Counted from the first letter of the whole stretch, positions 36,943-51,469 are shown. The stretch is DNA of 54,169 nt, filler included, from Basidiobolus ranarum (GCA_040143965.1; 2 parts of 2 records of this genome joined end to end with filler, not necessarily neighbours in it); one strand, 5' to 3'. Made by a program: numbers and translations. Notes: a model not told the origin generated them from the sequence alone.

Positions 36943-39900
36943 TGATATATGTGAAGCAAGGGAAAATACTTTATAGAGGTTCGCTCAATTGCAGAACTAA
37001 AGGAAAATACTATTTTAGTCAGACGTATACGCCAGTACTGGTAGAAGATAGCTAATTACCGTCAGCCTCGACTAAATTAGGTTATTCAAAATACTCTACT
37101 TTTTGGTACTGTGGTGTGTTTACTTTTCGATGGAATATTTACAAAGAAGTGAAAACACAGGGAAGCACCGATTATGTAGTGAGTGGCGATAAAGAGAGGG
37201 AGAGAGAAATAGATGGAAGTTAGGAATTGAGAGGGGTATTTCTTGGGGTTGGTGTACCACTACTTTATTGACGCTAAGAGGAGGGAAGAGAAGAGAGGGC
37301 AAAGAAAGGAGTAGAAAGTGTTAACACACTAAATGGATAGTTATGGTAGAATTATAAAAAAAACTGGAATTATTATTTAGGGCAAAGTAACCATATTAAA
37401 AGACCGATATTTCAAAATAGGAATCAAATAAAGTTCCCATACCAAAGCAAGCAATAGCTTTTTTGAAGTATGAGAATGGATGATCGGGACGGAAATTATT
37501 TTTTTACTCCCGGACAAGATGCATGATCACACACCATCTTGAGAAATTCCAAACTAGATTTCTCAACTGTGCCGTCACTCGGGTAATTTGCAGTACCCCA
37601 CTCCTTGATGTTTGCTTTTCTTCTTGCCAGACATGCATTAGAGCCTCAAGAGATGCCCGAGTGGTGGAGACCTCAAGTTAAGAAGGCGTGGTGATCGTGG
37701 ATACATTAACGATGAGGCAGCCCTTGCTCAGAAGCTACCCGAGGATCTCCTGGCATTAGATTGCCCTAATTTGCCCAAAATGCAATAAGCTTAATCACCG
37801 TATTAATGGTGCCAGATATCATTAACTATAGCAAAGCACCAACGCCAACTCCCGTTTAGGAAATAAGATGATGAAATGAAACACAAATTAAACAAAGGCA
37901 ACATACAACGCAGTAATTATTTATTTCTGCCATAAGCTAGCAATGTGCTTGCCACTGATCCGATTGGAATGGCAGCCAAATACTCCGTGATGGATAATCG
38001 CTGCACAGCACGAAATAAGTCCGAGAACGAGAGGACACCGCTCCAAATCCGCACAAGTATGATGCAAAGCCAAAATCAAGAGAGTCCCAGCTGGCTTTGG
38101 TGTCAATGTGCATATTTTTAGACCTAATAGAGAGATTGGGTATGTTTATGGGATAAATAGCCGTACTGCGCTCAGTCGAGCTAGCACTCCATAATCCGAG
38201 CCCGCTATTGATCCCTGAATTGGCAACCGTCTACGATGATGTCGCTCATCGTCTTACCAAAAATAGCCTCTCGTCATCCCAAATCAATCACCCCTTGTCT
38301 AAAATTAGTCCCTTCCATTCCCTAATTATTCGAGATGATGAATATAGCCTGTGAAACGATTTGGATGGAAATAAACAAATTGGCGATCTCTTTATTAATA
38401 ATCACTGGCTCCTGATGAGTAATGTCGCCGCTGCTTGGGTTATGTGACACTAGTCATCATATAGCCTTTATTATACTAATCTTGGAACAAACTAGAAATG
38501 CTATTGAGCTCATTTATAAGCCTGTATTTGTTTTGAGGGCCATCCAATCACCTGGCCTTTCGCTCTATCTTGACGTTATTCCACACGATATCTAGATATT
38601 TCTATACAGAAAATCATTTGTTGCTCATAAGCACCCACATGATTGCTACATTAGTAAATGCTAACCTAGTTGGGACTCAATATAAGCGCATCTGAACGGC
38701 AGCCTTGTAGCAGTGATCCTAATGCACATGTGGAACTCATTATCCTGAGCCACAAAGATGCATAGTATGGTGTTAGGTAAGTATTGTACTCGATTTCTGC
38801 GGGGCCCTATTGGAGTCCTGTTGCCAACACCAAGTAGTGCCACTCGAGCAGGATGATGGTTTTGTAAATGGCCTCAGGCAATGGCGCCAGAGTATGCATT
38901 GCCCTTTACTTGTAGCTAATCTGAGTCAGTGTTCTCTTGGCAAAGATCAAACCTGTACCAAATTGAGTCAACTTGAGAAGTATTCATATGATTGCCAAAG
39001 AATGATCAGTTTGCGCATCTGAAGAACTCTTTCTTCAGTGGCATATTACTTCCTCCTAGCGAGTTTGAGAAATCAGGTTCTTCTTTTACAGCTTAATAAT
39101 GCCAAGAGTGCACAAAGACGGAGAGCAATTACTACCCATTTGTAGAATCATGACCTCAAATCATAGAACTGGACAAGAAAAACCTGTTATTGGCTACGAT
39201 TTAAGGCCATGGCAACGAAATAAGCGCCATAGTCGTGAATGATTTGGATGATGATAGTTTCAAAGCACTACAGTAGATCTGAGAGTATATGGTATTCTTG
39301 AAGTACGAAGATAAGTAACAATAGACACAAGTGAGAGTTCAGTTCAAAAAAAGCAGAAAACTAGATTTTCAAGTCTTACAGAAGCATTTAGTCTAATTTG
39401 TATATCAGTCATATCCGTAATTTATTTGTGAAATGGTTGATCCAAAAGTGCCGCATTTAGCTTTTATATCCTGGAGGAATTGATAGGGGGTTTCCAGCCC
39501 ACTTGACCTATTTCCACATTCCGCTTATACTTGATTTCCTAGTTGCTTCTAGCAAGATAAAGAAGTGGATTATTCTAGGTATCTTCCAAGGCACCTTTAG
39601 CTCTACCAAATATTTGTCCAAAATCTCCTTGCAAAAGGTTTGGATTTCATCTGATGTCTGGTTTTCTGTGTTGAAATATTCAAGAGACTTCTATTAGAGT
39701 ATTTAACAAGAAATATCTTGGATGTTTTGAAGATATGCTTTATATAATCTTTGATCTTCTACTCCAAACATATTGTTTTCTTTTGGAAATCTGATGAATG
39801 ACATTACCAAGCATTTGAAGAAGCTGCGGGTTTTTTATTGGGAGTTGGCAACATTTCCTCTGGTTTCTTGGTTTCCTAAAGATTTTTATGGTTGAAGTCT

Positions 39901-40781
39901 AGTTGGGAATAATCTTACATTTTAGACTAGAGGATTCATCCAAATTCAATTAGCTCTAGATATTCCCTTGAGAGATGCCCTAAGATGGAGATTCAGCAGT
40001 AGAAGCCAACTTCACTAAAACTGGGTAACTACTCACAAAAACACTTGAGAATGGTACGCAGTATGTAGAATCTGTACAACTAATTCATGTACCTTTACCC
40101 GCGAAAGATCATTCCATAACCCCATATTAACTACTCGAGAAAAACTGAGTCACGGTTTTAGCAAAGCCTAAGCTTGCATCAAAATTGCGTTAAGGCATCT
40201 ACGTGTTAGTCTAAGCCATGGAGACTCTATGCACTTTGCAGGTTCATTCACCTTTGGGAAAAAAGAAAAAGCGACAATTCATGGGTAACTCTGACTCAAC
40301 TCATGAGACATATTCTTTCAGCAGTCACGTATATGTATATCGTATTGGAGGTGCCTCCTTGCTGTCATGCAAGCATTGAAGATCTGTTTCAGATCAAGGT
40401 AAGGGTCAAGTAAAACATTGATCGTTAGGTATTTGGCTGAGTGACATCAGCCCATATACTGAGAGTTTGCCAAACCTCTCCACTTCTATAGACGACTCTA
40501 TGCTGGCCAGGTGTAATAAATGGGCCATCTCCTGCAGGTGATATTTCTCTTTGTTTGAATTGCATTGACCTCAGCTTTGGCAGTTTTTCGTCTTTTGAAC
40601 ATTTTATACATTTGGTATCTTGACCTACCTTTGCACATACACGTATCCTTGTATATATTATCTCTTACTCCCAATTCCAGTTTTATTGTAAGTAATAGAT
40701 GTCATTACGACATATCAAGACACTTTTTAATAAGAAACTATTTTTCTTCGGTAGGTACATATAGTCCAGTCAAAGTACTGA

Positions 40782-42044
40782 ATGTCAGCTTCTTTATCGT
40801 CAAGCTTTCAGCAGAATCCAAATGTAGCGCTGCAAAATCTTCAGCAGTTATTCTTGAGTTTCGCCACAACAGTTGATTCTTTCAATATCCAATCACCTAT
40901 ACATCGTTGGTACCTGCTAGCGACTATATGTCAATGGTATCTGGACGAGGGGCTTTTAAAGGAGGAGGAGCTTGAAGAATCCTTCCATGGAATGTCTAAA
41001 GATATGAAGAGTATCTTGAAGGTTGAGCCATGTACTATTAAACCTTCAGTCCATATATTTGAGCAGGCTAAATTTATACTTGAAAAAATGAAAGTTGTTT
41101 TATCCTCAAGCTTCAAGCTAACCCCACCTTCTGGCAGCCAGGGTAACTTTATGTACAGTTTAGCGTGTACTAATAATAGTCCAACCATACCATGCAGTCC
41201 ATTACAAGACTCGGCAATCATCCGTCGCCGAGTCTCAATGAACGAAGCTCGTATTTCAAGACGCGAGAAGCCAACTACACATCAAGCAAAAGGTCATCAC
41301 CAACGAAGTAGTAGCTGGCCCAATTCGCCCTCAATCAATACCGCAAATTTGCCAGCATATGAAATATCAACGGAACATCTGCCTCACTACACATGCTCCG
41401 TTCACTACGAAGGATTCCTCCATAGAAAGATGGAATTCAACGCGGAGGGAGATCTTGCTAACGACAGATCCTGGCGGTAAATATGCATTTATATCATTCC
41501 TTCTCTAGGGTATATTCACTGAACGGAATTGTACAGCAAGCTGTATTTCATGTTATGGGGAACCTCACTGCGAATCTATAAATACAAGCCCAGTCCATTC
41601 TATGTTAGTATTTCCAGAATTTTCGGATTTAAGTAGCAATTTCCACTAACCAAATTCAAGCAGTATCCTGATCCTTTTGAAACATTAAGTATGCAAAAAA
41701 CCAAGGTTGGCTTGGCTGTAGATTATCAAAAACGAAAGCATGTATTTAGGGTATTTTACTTTGATCAAAGGATTTGAATCACGCAGATATGCTAAAGTTT
41801 GTAAATGCAGATTCGAATAGGTGAGGGGCAATTTTTATTGCAAGCTAAAACTCGTAAAATCCTATTGGAATGGATCAACGAAATTCAGTCATCCATTAAC
41901 ATTGCCATGCCACTGGAATCTCGGGTAACAGACTCTTTATACTTTAGCGACACTCTGAATGGCCATAGCTAATCTGGAATCATTACCATTATCTAGAGAA
42001 TGCCAACTTTCACCACCTCACCCCAAGTTATTCATGGGTTCTAG
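40782..42044 (+). CDS. PH-domain protein, 5 exons
   Basis: EGFLHRKMEF....ANDRSWR|KLYFMLWGTSLRIY...VGLAVDYQKRKHVFR|IRIGEGQFLLQA....EWINEIQSSINIAMPLESR|RMP, a fungal PH-domain pattern. Confidence 0.8.
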
Positions 42045-43018
42045 GACGATATCAACGCTACATGGATTGTTGAAGCGAAAGGGATGACGGCAACTTCAGT
42101 CTGTAATGACATAACCCTAAAACTGCTACACCATTCTCTAATCTTCTTAATTGTGGATATATGTTTTTTAAACAATAATTATAACCAGCCTAAAGTTTGA
42201 ACGTTCTGTTATGAATCATTAAACCCTGCTTTCGCACTAACTCGCATCTCTCTGAACTTCACGATAAGCTACCTTCTCGCCATTTTTGTCAAAGTCTATA
42301 ACCTAGGAGCTATAACATGTACATCTAGTGGAAAGTTTCAATAAAAGCTAGTGGTGATTGTAAGATAACGGCGAAATACAATGACTGACACACTTCATCA
42401 GTCTACGAGCGATTGTGTTAAGTGGTACATTTTGTACAAAGATGTGAGGAGTAAGAATGGTCTTCATTGTTCGTATGCGATGGTGATTCCATTCTAGGAT
42501 CAATTCATTAAATCGAACTTGTAAGCTACGCATTATAAAATGGCACTAAATCCTTATCTGCAATACACCTTGTTCCAAGTGAATCTATCCATGTCACTCA
42601 TTTTCGTCCTCTGTGACTTTCAATCCCATCCCATCCAATCCCATTCCTCATTTCCTTTTATTAATTAATTGAACGGCATTCATTCAAGTGGCAGGCCCAT
42701 AGTTCCATATTGGTAATGCTAAGTAGTATAAGAACCCTAGATTTCATATTTAATTTCATCAAACAAATCATGCATTTCGTTCATTCATCTGAGAAATGCA
42801 AAGGGGAAAAAAGGTGATAGTAAATCCAATGGGAAAAGTGCATTTCTAAATGAATTCCCATTGTTTTGGTCAATATGTGACTAAGTAAAGCAAAATCCTT
42901 TACTCCCCTCAAATAAGCATGAATCCGATGATTATTCAACCAAGATACGAATTTTTTTCAGGTCCTATATTGACAACTTGAGGATTAAGGATTCCCTTTC
43001 TACTACTTATTTTACCAT

Positions 43019-44107
43019 ATGAAACGTAACGCAGAACAAAACAATTTAGAGTTCGATTTTGCGGAAGCATTAGAACAACCGAGAAGGCGGCGAGGTGCTG
43101 TCAATCTGGATGGTTACGGTAGTGAGGCAGCTAGTTCCGAATCTGAAGGGGAGGAAGCTGCTCCAGTAGAAGAGGATATGTTTGCTGAACCTGAACCTAA
43201 GCCCACTCAACAGTTAAATATGAATGATATTGAGGGTCAAATCTTCGATTCCAACACAGAACTTAACGAAAACGGTGAACCAATTTTAGAGGCGTTCAAT
43301 ATGAAAGAAGAATTAGAAGAGGGTTCTTTTGATTCACAGGGGAACTATGTTAGAAATAAGAAAGATCCAAACGCTTTTCATGATAGTTGGCTAGAAGGTG
43401 TCACTAAAACTGATATGGAAAAGGCCAAAAAAGCTCAAGAAAAACAGGATGCGATCAGACGCGCTCAAGAAAACAAAGAGCATCGGGAATTAGGCCAATG
43501 GACTTCAGAGGAAATGAAAAAGGAGATTTTGAATCTTATGAAGCCTGGCGAGACAGTGTTAAACACTCTATCAAGACTAAATGGTGGCAGAAAAAAAAAT
43601 CCCCGTATTCAACAACGAAAGAACAAGAGAAAAGCCGACGAGCTAAATGCAGAATCGGAATCACCCGCTCAGGTCGCCGAGGAAGAAAAGAAAAAGAAGG
43701 CTATAGAAAGAATGACTGATCTTTGCGATCGGATGATGGCAGCTGGCGACTTTAATATTTACGAACAAACTTATGAGCAAATTGTTCGTAGCCTACGTCT
43801 TGAAGATAAAATTCCAGATGATTGGGTTCCTGGCACTCAACTATTACCACCCTTCAGTGAGATACCTGAAGTTGACATGAGCGATGATGTCGCGACCGAT
43901 GTAGCCTCAAATGACTTGTGGGAATATAAGTGGGTCGGTGTGGAGAATAATGACGAAACGTATGGTCCATATCCCACTTCTGATATGAAGAGTTGGAAAC
44001 AGCAAGGATTTTTCTATGGTGGCAGTATTGTCGTCAGAAGAGTGAATCAGGCTGATTCTCCATTCCTCGACCTGGAAACAGTAAATTTTGATGACCTATC
44101 TACATAG
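43019..44107 (+). CDS. LIN1: LIN1/CD2BP2 (U5-52K) GYF-domain protein
   Basis: EAFNMKEELEEGSFD..GNYV, DSWLEG, MKPGETV..TL.RL and a C-terminal WEYKW...YGPY....M..W...GFF. Confidence 0.88.
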   Translation: MKRNAEQNNLEFDFAEALEQPRRRRGAVNLDGYGSEAASSESEGEEAAPVEEDMFAEPEPKPTQQLNMNDIEGQIFDSNTELNENGEPILEAFNMKEELEEGSFDSQGNYVRNKKDPNAFHDSWLEGVTKTDMEKAKKAQEKQDAIRRAQENKEHRELGQWTSEEMKKEILNLMKPGETVLNTLSRLNGGRKKNPRIQQRKNKRKADELNAESESPAQVAEEEKKKKAIERMTDLCDRMMAAGDFNIYEQTYEQIVRSLRLEDKIPDDWVPGTQLLPPFSEIPEVDMSDDVATDVASNDLWEYKWVGVENNDETYGPYPTSDMKSWKQQGFFYGGSIVVRRVNQADSPFLDLETVNFDDLST

Positions 44108-45500
44108 CTTTATATCTTAAATTGCTACTAAACTTTAAGAGACATGAATGACAACTGTTGATGAATAAACAAGCATCATGAACAAGCGAGCCAAAGAAGA
44201 TCTTACATTTGTCGTTATGGAGTGTGATTTCATTGTTGGAGAGCAGACTTGTAATAGAGACGAGCAAGATTGCCAAATGGAATATAAACTGCATGAATGT
44301 GAGCTAGGTATAAAAATAATAAAGAATATACCCGTGAATTTGGGTTTAGAGACAAGATGCTATTCGTTATATTGCTAATTATTAATATGCAAGAGAATCA
44401 GAGTGGATATTTGAGCGAGTAGTGGAATATCAGGATATGATGAGCCACGATCTGCCTCAAATCCTCTACCTCATTTGACAATTCAAGTGTGATCAGAATA
44501 TGTGAATATTAAAGCAATTCAAATTTGTATCTTACATGATGTGTATATGCATACAAGTAAACAATAGTCAGGTGGTATTTTCGCTTCGTCCGATGCCAGC
44601 CTAGAATACAGACTGACTGGTTTGAAGGGCAATATTTCACCTACTCGTAGCAAGGTATGAAATTTGGATTTTCAACAGGTGGATACGATTTTTGGATCAC
44701 TTGGTGGGGAAACTACATAGATCTTGACCCTAGGTTTTGGAATATAACTAGTGAGATGAAGTTGCTGCACTAACTTAGCTACCTAATTCACGCATAGATG
44801 TACCATATCCTTGAAAAGCTCGCCATTGTCTAAGATATCAAAGATGCCCTAGCGAAATAGCTACGCGTTCCTCTAGATTGTCCAATTCTCTGTGTTTGGT
44901 GTTCCCAAGTTTCGGAAGCATAGTTTTGTGGGTTAATTCTGATGATGTGCTGGGTTATTCAACAATTTACCGAATCTCTTTTAGAAGGTTGATTGATAAT
45001 GCTTAGCACGCGCTTTATCCTCTAGGGTTTACTAGGTATCGCCAATTATAAATCAATGTATTTCCGATTTAGTTTACTTGCTGTCATTTTGTCAGAATAC
45101 CTGTTCTACACTGCCTCAAATGGTAATTATAATTGTATTTAAAATGTTAGCGATTTGGGAATATTTGTTGCAAAATGGAATGCATTTATTATTGCATGAC
45201 AAACGATTAACAATAATAGAAATATGTATTTGAAATAGTCAGATGTTTCATACCTCAAATGGGTTCTCCAATAATCCGGTTGCTTTGATTTCAAATACTA
45301 CCAATTCAATTTAGATGTGGCCCCAAAGCACATTGTAAAGAGAAAATTCATTTGTGTAGCACCTGGAAGATACCTGACAAGATTCAATGATAGCCTATGC
45401 AGTACTTTCTCACAGTGCGGAATGAAAACATGAAAAGTACTATATAACCAAGGAGATAGCATCATTAACACAACGTCTCTGGCATTTCTTATATCTCAAA

Positions 45501-45701
45501 ATGTTCAACTCTTTAGTCCGTACCAAAGCTTCCGCCGGGATTCTTATTCCTACCCTTCGCCGTAATATCAGCCACCATACTACCGCTCAAGCTGGGAAGG
45601 CCAAAGGGTTGATCGGTCCCTTGGCTATCACGGCCTCTGCATCATTTTTCGTATATGGTTTGGTCGTACTTGGCCTGCCCACTCGGTCCAAGCAGGAATA
45701 A
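45501..45701 (+). CDS. Putative mitochondrial single-TM microprotein A (66 aa)
   Basis: TATATAA at 45441, AAA-ATG start context, an Arg-rich acid-free N-terminus and a C-terminal hydrophobic helix. Paralogous to 46386-46595. Confidence 0.65.
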   Translation: MFNSLVRTKASAGILIPTLRRNISHHTTAQAGKAKGLIGPLAITASASFFVYGLVVLGLPTRSKQE

Positions 45702-46385
45702 TGTATGTTCAGAAAGTTAGATAGATAATGGTGAGCAATTAAAACGAATTCTGAGATTTAGTATAAATTGATACCAGTTGTCTATGCATTCATTCTCAAA
45801 GTCAATAAAGCATTTTTCATATTCAATTACACTACCGATTATTGAGATAAATCCTGAACTAAAATGAAAAATTTCCGTGGGTAATTGCGTGTTTTGTTGG
45901 CTGAGGATTTTGCCAAGTTGGTCACTTTGTCACTCCAATGCCGATGTAGGATCATATTCAGACTGCAAAGGTCTACACAGACGGTCCAAATTAAAAGTCA
46001 CAAACTGATGCTCAATTCCAATTGGTAATATTCTCCATGTTTCATCTGTTCAGTTCATCTGATCTAGAGCTACGCAGACATGGTTTGATTCCATCGTTTC
46101 CAGGACCTCCACACATTAAACCTTCAGACAGTAACACGGATAATCTAGACTTTACTGTATTATTCTCATGATTGGCTCACTAATTGAGCACCAACATAAC
46201 GTGTATGCGGGATAAAATATCAAGCCGGAGTAGAGAATACGAATGTGCGAAGCAGGAACTAAAGGTGAATGAAGGAAGTGCCTTGGTTCTAGACTCAGTC
46301 AGTAGTATGTTGTATATAAGCCTCTCCGTCTCTTACCTATTTACCATCAAATAATCATTCCACCTTTAAGCCTCTACCCACCAAT

Positions 46386-46595
46386 ATGCTAGGATCCGTC
46401 GTTCGCAGCAGAATTTTCTCTCAATCATGCGGCCCTACCCTTCGTCGTAATCTCAGTACCAGCCATACAACTGCTCAGGAGCTTAAATCTAAAGGACTAT
46501 TCGCCCCCACTGTTTTCTTAATTGTATCGTCCGTATTCCAGTACGGATTACTTATTGCCATTATACCATCCCAGCCTAAGAAGGCCGACGATTAA
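46386..46595 (+). CDS. Putative mitochondrial single-TM microprotein B (69 aa)
   Basis: TATATAA at 46313. Shares PTLRRN.S..HTTAQ..K.KGL..P and YGL with microprotein A. Confidence 0.65.
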   Translation: MLGSVVRSRIFSQSCGPTLRRNLSTSHTTAQELKSKGLFAPTVFLIVSSVFQYGLLIAIIPSQPKKADD

Positions 46596-48705
46596 ACTTT
46601 CGCTAACCATAATCCCTGAACTGTAATTGGCAACTATGCATATGTAAAGTGATTCTAATAAAGTTGACTCTGTTTACATTCAAATCCATTTCCAAGTCAT
46701 AATCAAGCAGTATTGGTGGTATGTTTACTAAATTGGGCATTAAGTATCCTGCCATGAACCATAGTATTTCGCTAACAATGTACCAAGGTAAGTAATGATC
46801 GTAACTGTACTCATTCGTGAAAACATGGCCTATTCTCCGAATTAACTACTAGCCTGTAGAGATTAAGGAATTCAATCACCCACACATAGGCACTGATAGC
46901 CGAGGGAGGCGATAAAGTAGCGACTTGACATTTACTTGGGTGCTTTTTACAATTGTGATTTGAACATACTAGTTTAGGTGTTACCATAACAATTAATCTG
47001 GAGTTTGATGGGATTTTTGCCAGTCACAATGACTATTACCAAAATCTAGTCCCTTATAGTCGGTAAGTAAAAGTAGGACCAGGGTCATTTGACAGTGAGA
47101 TTTACATTCAGTATCGAGATTCCTCCTACCATGAGAATGCTACTAGGCTTCTTAATAAGTATGTGGTACATCATAGTGAATTTTAACAAACAAGAATTCA
47201 TCCATTGGCGAAACAATAGATGTTGACATTTTTAGCATTTGTGGTAATTTTTAATGATTAATTGAATCCTTTTAACAGTCAATTCCTACTAATGGGTTCC
47301 ATTAAATCGTGCCTAGTTTCTGGCTACTGTTGGTAACCTAGTCACTAATGGTAACCTGAATATTCCATTACTAATTCAAAGTTCTACAATGCGCTCGAAA
47401 CATCGCCTATTTATGTCCTACTTACAGGTTCTCAATTTGCAGTGGCGAAAAGGTGCTCTAAAAGTAGCTTCTTTCGATGAGGCTAGGCGCCATTTATGCC
47501 GTTGCTAAATACCACCATCTGCTGCTTAGGATTCCTTGTGCCACGGTTCTACCAAACAATGTCATAAATTGAATATTTGTCTTAATGTTTTGAGCTCGAC
47601 AAGGCTCAGTGACATCGTTTAATTTAATGACTATACCATACATTAGTAATATCATAAATATAGGATGGAATATGAATGGTTGGTGATCACGGGCACTTGC
47701 AGTAAATGCACAAATGTGTAGAATATCAATCTCATCATGGTGAAAATGAGGATCTTACAACTACGTACAGTAACTTCCTTTGATATCTCTAGATTCTCTA
47801 GCTCTGGAGATAGCTAGCAGAATTGCCTTTCTCCACTAGTATTCATGAAAAGCAGAGTGGCGGATCTTGTGGAGACATAAAAAATGTTATTATAGACTAT
47901 CCTGGAACAGAGAGATAGACCAGCGTATCTCTTTGTTACAAGATGCTCAGACAATATGCATAGAATGAAAATTATTCGAGTATCAAAGGTATTTCTTCCA
48001 TCTAAACATGATTTTAGAAATGCGGAATAAAGGAAAGATAGATGTTGACTAGTTTCATTGCGCAATATGAGATTGCCATCATACCTCAGCACTACCAGAT
48101 GGAGTATTGTAGGTTGAGATACCATTATATGGAACTATGTTATATATTCGCTATGAATATGAGTGAATAAGGTTGGCCAATGATTTTTCTATTATACTGA
48201 GACAACGAAGCTATGCAATTTTTAGAAATACGCTGATAGAAATGTATCCAGGACGTTGGAAGATTATTAGGGAACCCTTGAATATGTACCAAACTGTTAC
48301 ATCTCGCAATATTCATCAAATATACTCCAATTAAGAGTATTTAAAGGATAACAAGCAAATTGTTGAAATATTAGAGTTAAGCATCTAAATGTTCGTATAT
48401 TATACATACGGTGTAGACTTGAATATTCGATCACTACGAAACGAAATATATTTCTTAAGATTTATCGGCTCACAGTGACCTAAATGTCGATGAAAAGATA
48501 TCATATCTGTACAGATGCAATAATGTGCAGCTGATGAAGGTGTGTGCACCATCTCCCTTGCTATTAGTGTAGGATATTGGGACGAAAACATCAAAAATAT
48601 GTATATCACAACTTGGATAGGGTTTTCTTGGGTATCGGGGTAGATTCTAAATAACTTGGACAAACCTTCCTTTTAGTTTCAAACAACATATTTCTATATG
48701 GTACA

Positions 48706-49106
48706 TGTTGAAATAAGCATAGCCTAAACATCTATATAGTCATATATAGCTTATTATTTAGTTATTCCATATTTTCATTAAGATATCATCCACTATTCTC
48801 AATCGGAATTTACTTATAAGTTCTCAGATATATAGAATTTTCAAACCTGTGCTAGAAGCCCCAAACTTTGTACACATGTTCCTGGGACCTTTCTTAACAT
48901 ATTCTACATGTAAGTTTGTTTACATCTTGACAAACTATAAATGTCAACTTTCAACTCAAATATATCAATAAGCGAAAACCACCAATTTCTCTAGTTCTCC
49001 AAGCCACCTCCAACAGGCTCCCAAAATACTTTAACAGTACACATGTTCTATCGGAATGCGATACTACTTTTGATGGCTCTTATGTGATATACCCTTGAAA
49101 TATAGA
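48706..49106 (+). mobile_element. Dispersed repeat copy (about 400 bp) starting TGTTGAAATAAG
   Basis: Matches three fragments within 27197-28202. Confidence 0.8.
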
Positions 49107-50408
49107 TGTACTCTTGATAACTACATGTTCAACTCCATCTCCTAGATTCACTTCTGGATTATTGAAATATATTTGAATACATTACTACTGAATTCCTTTC
49201 ATCTATATGCTGCCTGCTAATTTTTTTCTTATACAAAAGCACTATTGTATCAAGCTAGCAATTTTTATTCCAGTCACTTTCTATTTTGATCTGGATCAAG
49301 TGATCAAGTCAGTAGGTAACAACCTCGAATATTATACATTGTCTCTCCAATAACGAACAAGTACTTCCTTGTATGTAGTTGCTTCCCTGCCTTGAGTATG
49401 GCTTTTTCTGTGCCATAATAAGCATAGTTTTTGAAATCTGTAGCGATTGTTTAGCCATCTCTCTGATGAAGCTATACTATCTAACACCGGAAAATTAAGT
49501 ATGAATGCATGTGAAATTAACAAATCAATCATCTAGAATGGATTGTGTAGCTTGAGACATAGATTTGGCACTATCCAGCGCCATCAACTTTCCTCTATTT
49601 TATTGAGTTAAGGTTGGACAACAACCCTCCGTCTGATGGTCCAGTGGGCCGAACAATCAATATTCCGCTAAATTCCAACATCATCAAATTATGATAATCA
49701 TTGGGTACGAAGTGGTGGCTAAGTCACTCACACGCATATTGGATTAGCCCAATCAGAATTCTAGCTTAGATACTTCCACCATTGGTTGATACAGCATTTA
49801 GCATAAGCGACAACAAGGTCTTGTGAGCGCATTGAAGCAGTTTGTTCAGTATCTCTATTTACATATACAATTAAGCTGATGAAGGCACCTGACAATTCAA
49901 CGTATTGAATTATTAGGTCGTGAATACTACCTCCAACTTGGTCTACTCTATGCTGAAATATAGTACGCATTCATCTCCCCAACGGCTCTACATAAGATGA
50001 TGGGAATTCAACTTGAATATCCAATATAAACCGTGAACCTTCGGATGGGCTAGAACAAGTAGAACCTTTATCCGGGTCAGATTTTCCGAATCAAGCTTGA
50101 AGCCGGTTTACTCTCAGTATAGATAATGTCGATTTATTCAAGTAGCCGCAAATTCAAATAACGAAACAGAGTATATGATACAACGTATGGAATAAGAAGT
50201 CCACGACAGGAATATCTAGAAGGGTTAAGTAACATAGTCGAAAACTTTTGAACTGCAAATTGAGAATGATCGAAACGCTAGAACATGAGGTGACGATTGG
50301 AAGTCGCCTCAAAGGGCATAATACAACTAACTATATGAGTCTAATGACTGGAATCTGATACGCTCTTAAAATAAGCCCATGAATTATCAAATGTGAAGCC
50401 ATACTATG

Positions 50409-51469
50409 TTAACGTACTTCATAAACAGGTGGCAATTCACAGGTAGAATCAATCGCTCTATATGCCGGTGGTGAGAGAGTTACCTCATTGTACTCAAGCG
50501 ATTGTACGACAATGGGAAATCGATGAATTACTGTGTCCAAGATTAATCCTCCTTGAGATATACAAAATTTCACTTCCAATTTATGACAGACTTCGATGTA
50601 ATCCGGTCCACAGTCACTTTTAACGAAGTCTGGCACTTGTACGTTGATTGTCGCTTCCCAGTCATTGACATTTGGAGGCCGTGAATAGTCTTGAACAAGG
50701 TTCGCTAGTTTTTTACTTTGTACTGAAGGTCTGACAAAGCTTGCACTCCTGTAAATAGTGTACTCTCGCATACTCGAATGAATCCGATCCACCTCCAGTA
50801 GCGGGTCTGTTATATAGAAGTGAAATGTAACAGGAAATATTTCTCCAGGTGCGAACGTATTAGCAGGAATTGCAGCTTCGTAATACATCCGTGAAGCCCA
50901 TGTTCCCGATATCATGATATTTGGTGAGTCAGCAATGTCCGAAGTAGAGGGTAGTGGAACTCTATGGATGGTAAGAGGACAAGAAGCCTTTAGTGTACGG
51001 TGGAATCCCGGTTTTTCAAGAACAGCATATAGTTTGTATATAATTTTCCCATGAGAAACTTTAACACTCTCTGGAAGTTTTCCACTCAATGGATACTCGA
51101 AATCATATTGGTGTTGTCCTTTGGGTAGGGTGTATAGTTGATGGGATAGCTCAAGGATGGGCCAAGTTTCATCTATTAATATTTGCTCTTTCCTAGGCAT
51201 ATCTATAGTGAGATTGAAGAAATATTAGTTATTGGTTCCTCTGAAGCACAACCCTTTCCAAGAATATTCATACCACTGGTCATCTTGAGCTTCAATTTTC
51301 CCTTTAATCGTAAAGATATGAATTTAACCTTCGTATCTTTGATTAAGTTAACCAGCACAGCGCCACGCAGCGCACAACCAACAGATTGATCTGCTGAACC
51401 ATGCATGGTGAGTGTATCTTCCTGTAAAACAACTTCAACGCTACTTGACATCTGAGGATTACTGGGCAT
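50409..51469 (-). CDS. Alpha-arrestin (arrestin-N/C domains with PPxY motifs), 2 exons
   Basis: LRGAV.VNL....KVKFISLRLKGK, then LPKGQHQYDFEYPLSGKLPES...GKIIYKL, and C-terminal PPAY and PPVY. Intron at 51203-51273. Confidence 0.88.

Noticed and set aside
37100-40700. Short ORFs in the long divergent intergenic region
   Set aside because: No motifs or coherent exon structure were found.
44100-44294. 64-aa minus-strand ORF with a hydrophobic start
   Set aside because: It overlaps the LIN1 3' end and has no other support.
48361-48688. Possible solo LTR (TGTTGAAATA...CAACA)
   Set aside because: There is no target-site duplication, and only about 10 bp match the repeat family.
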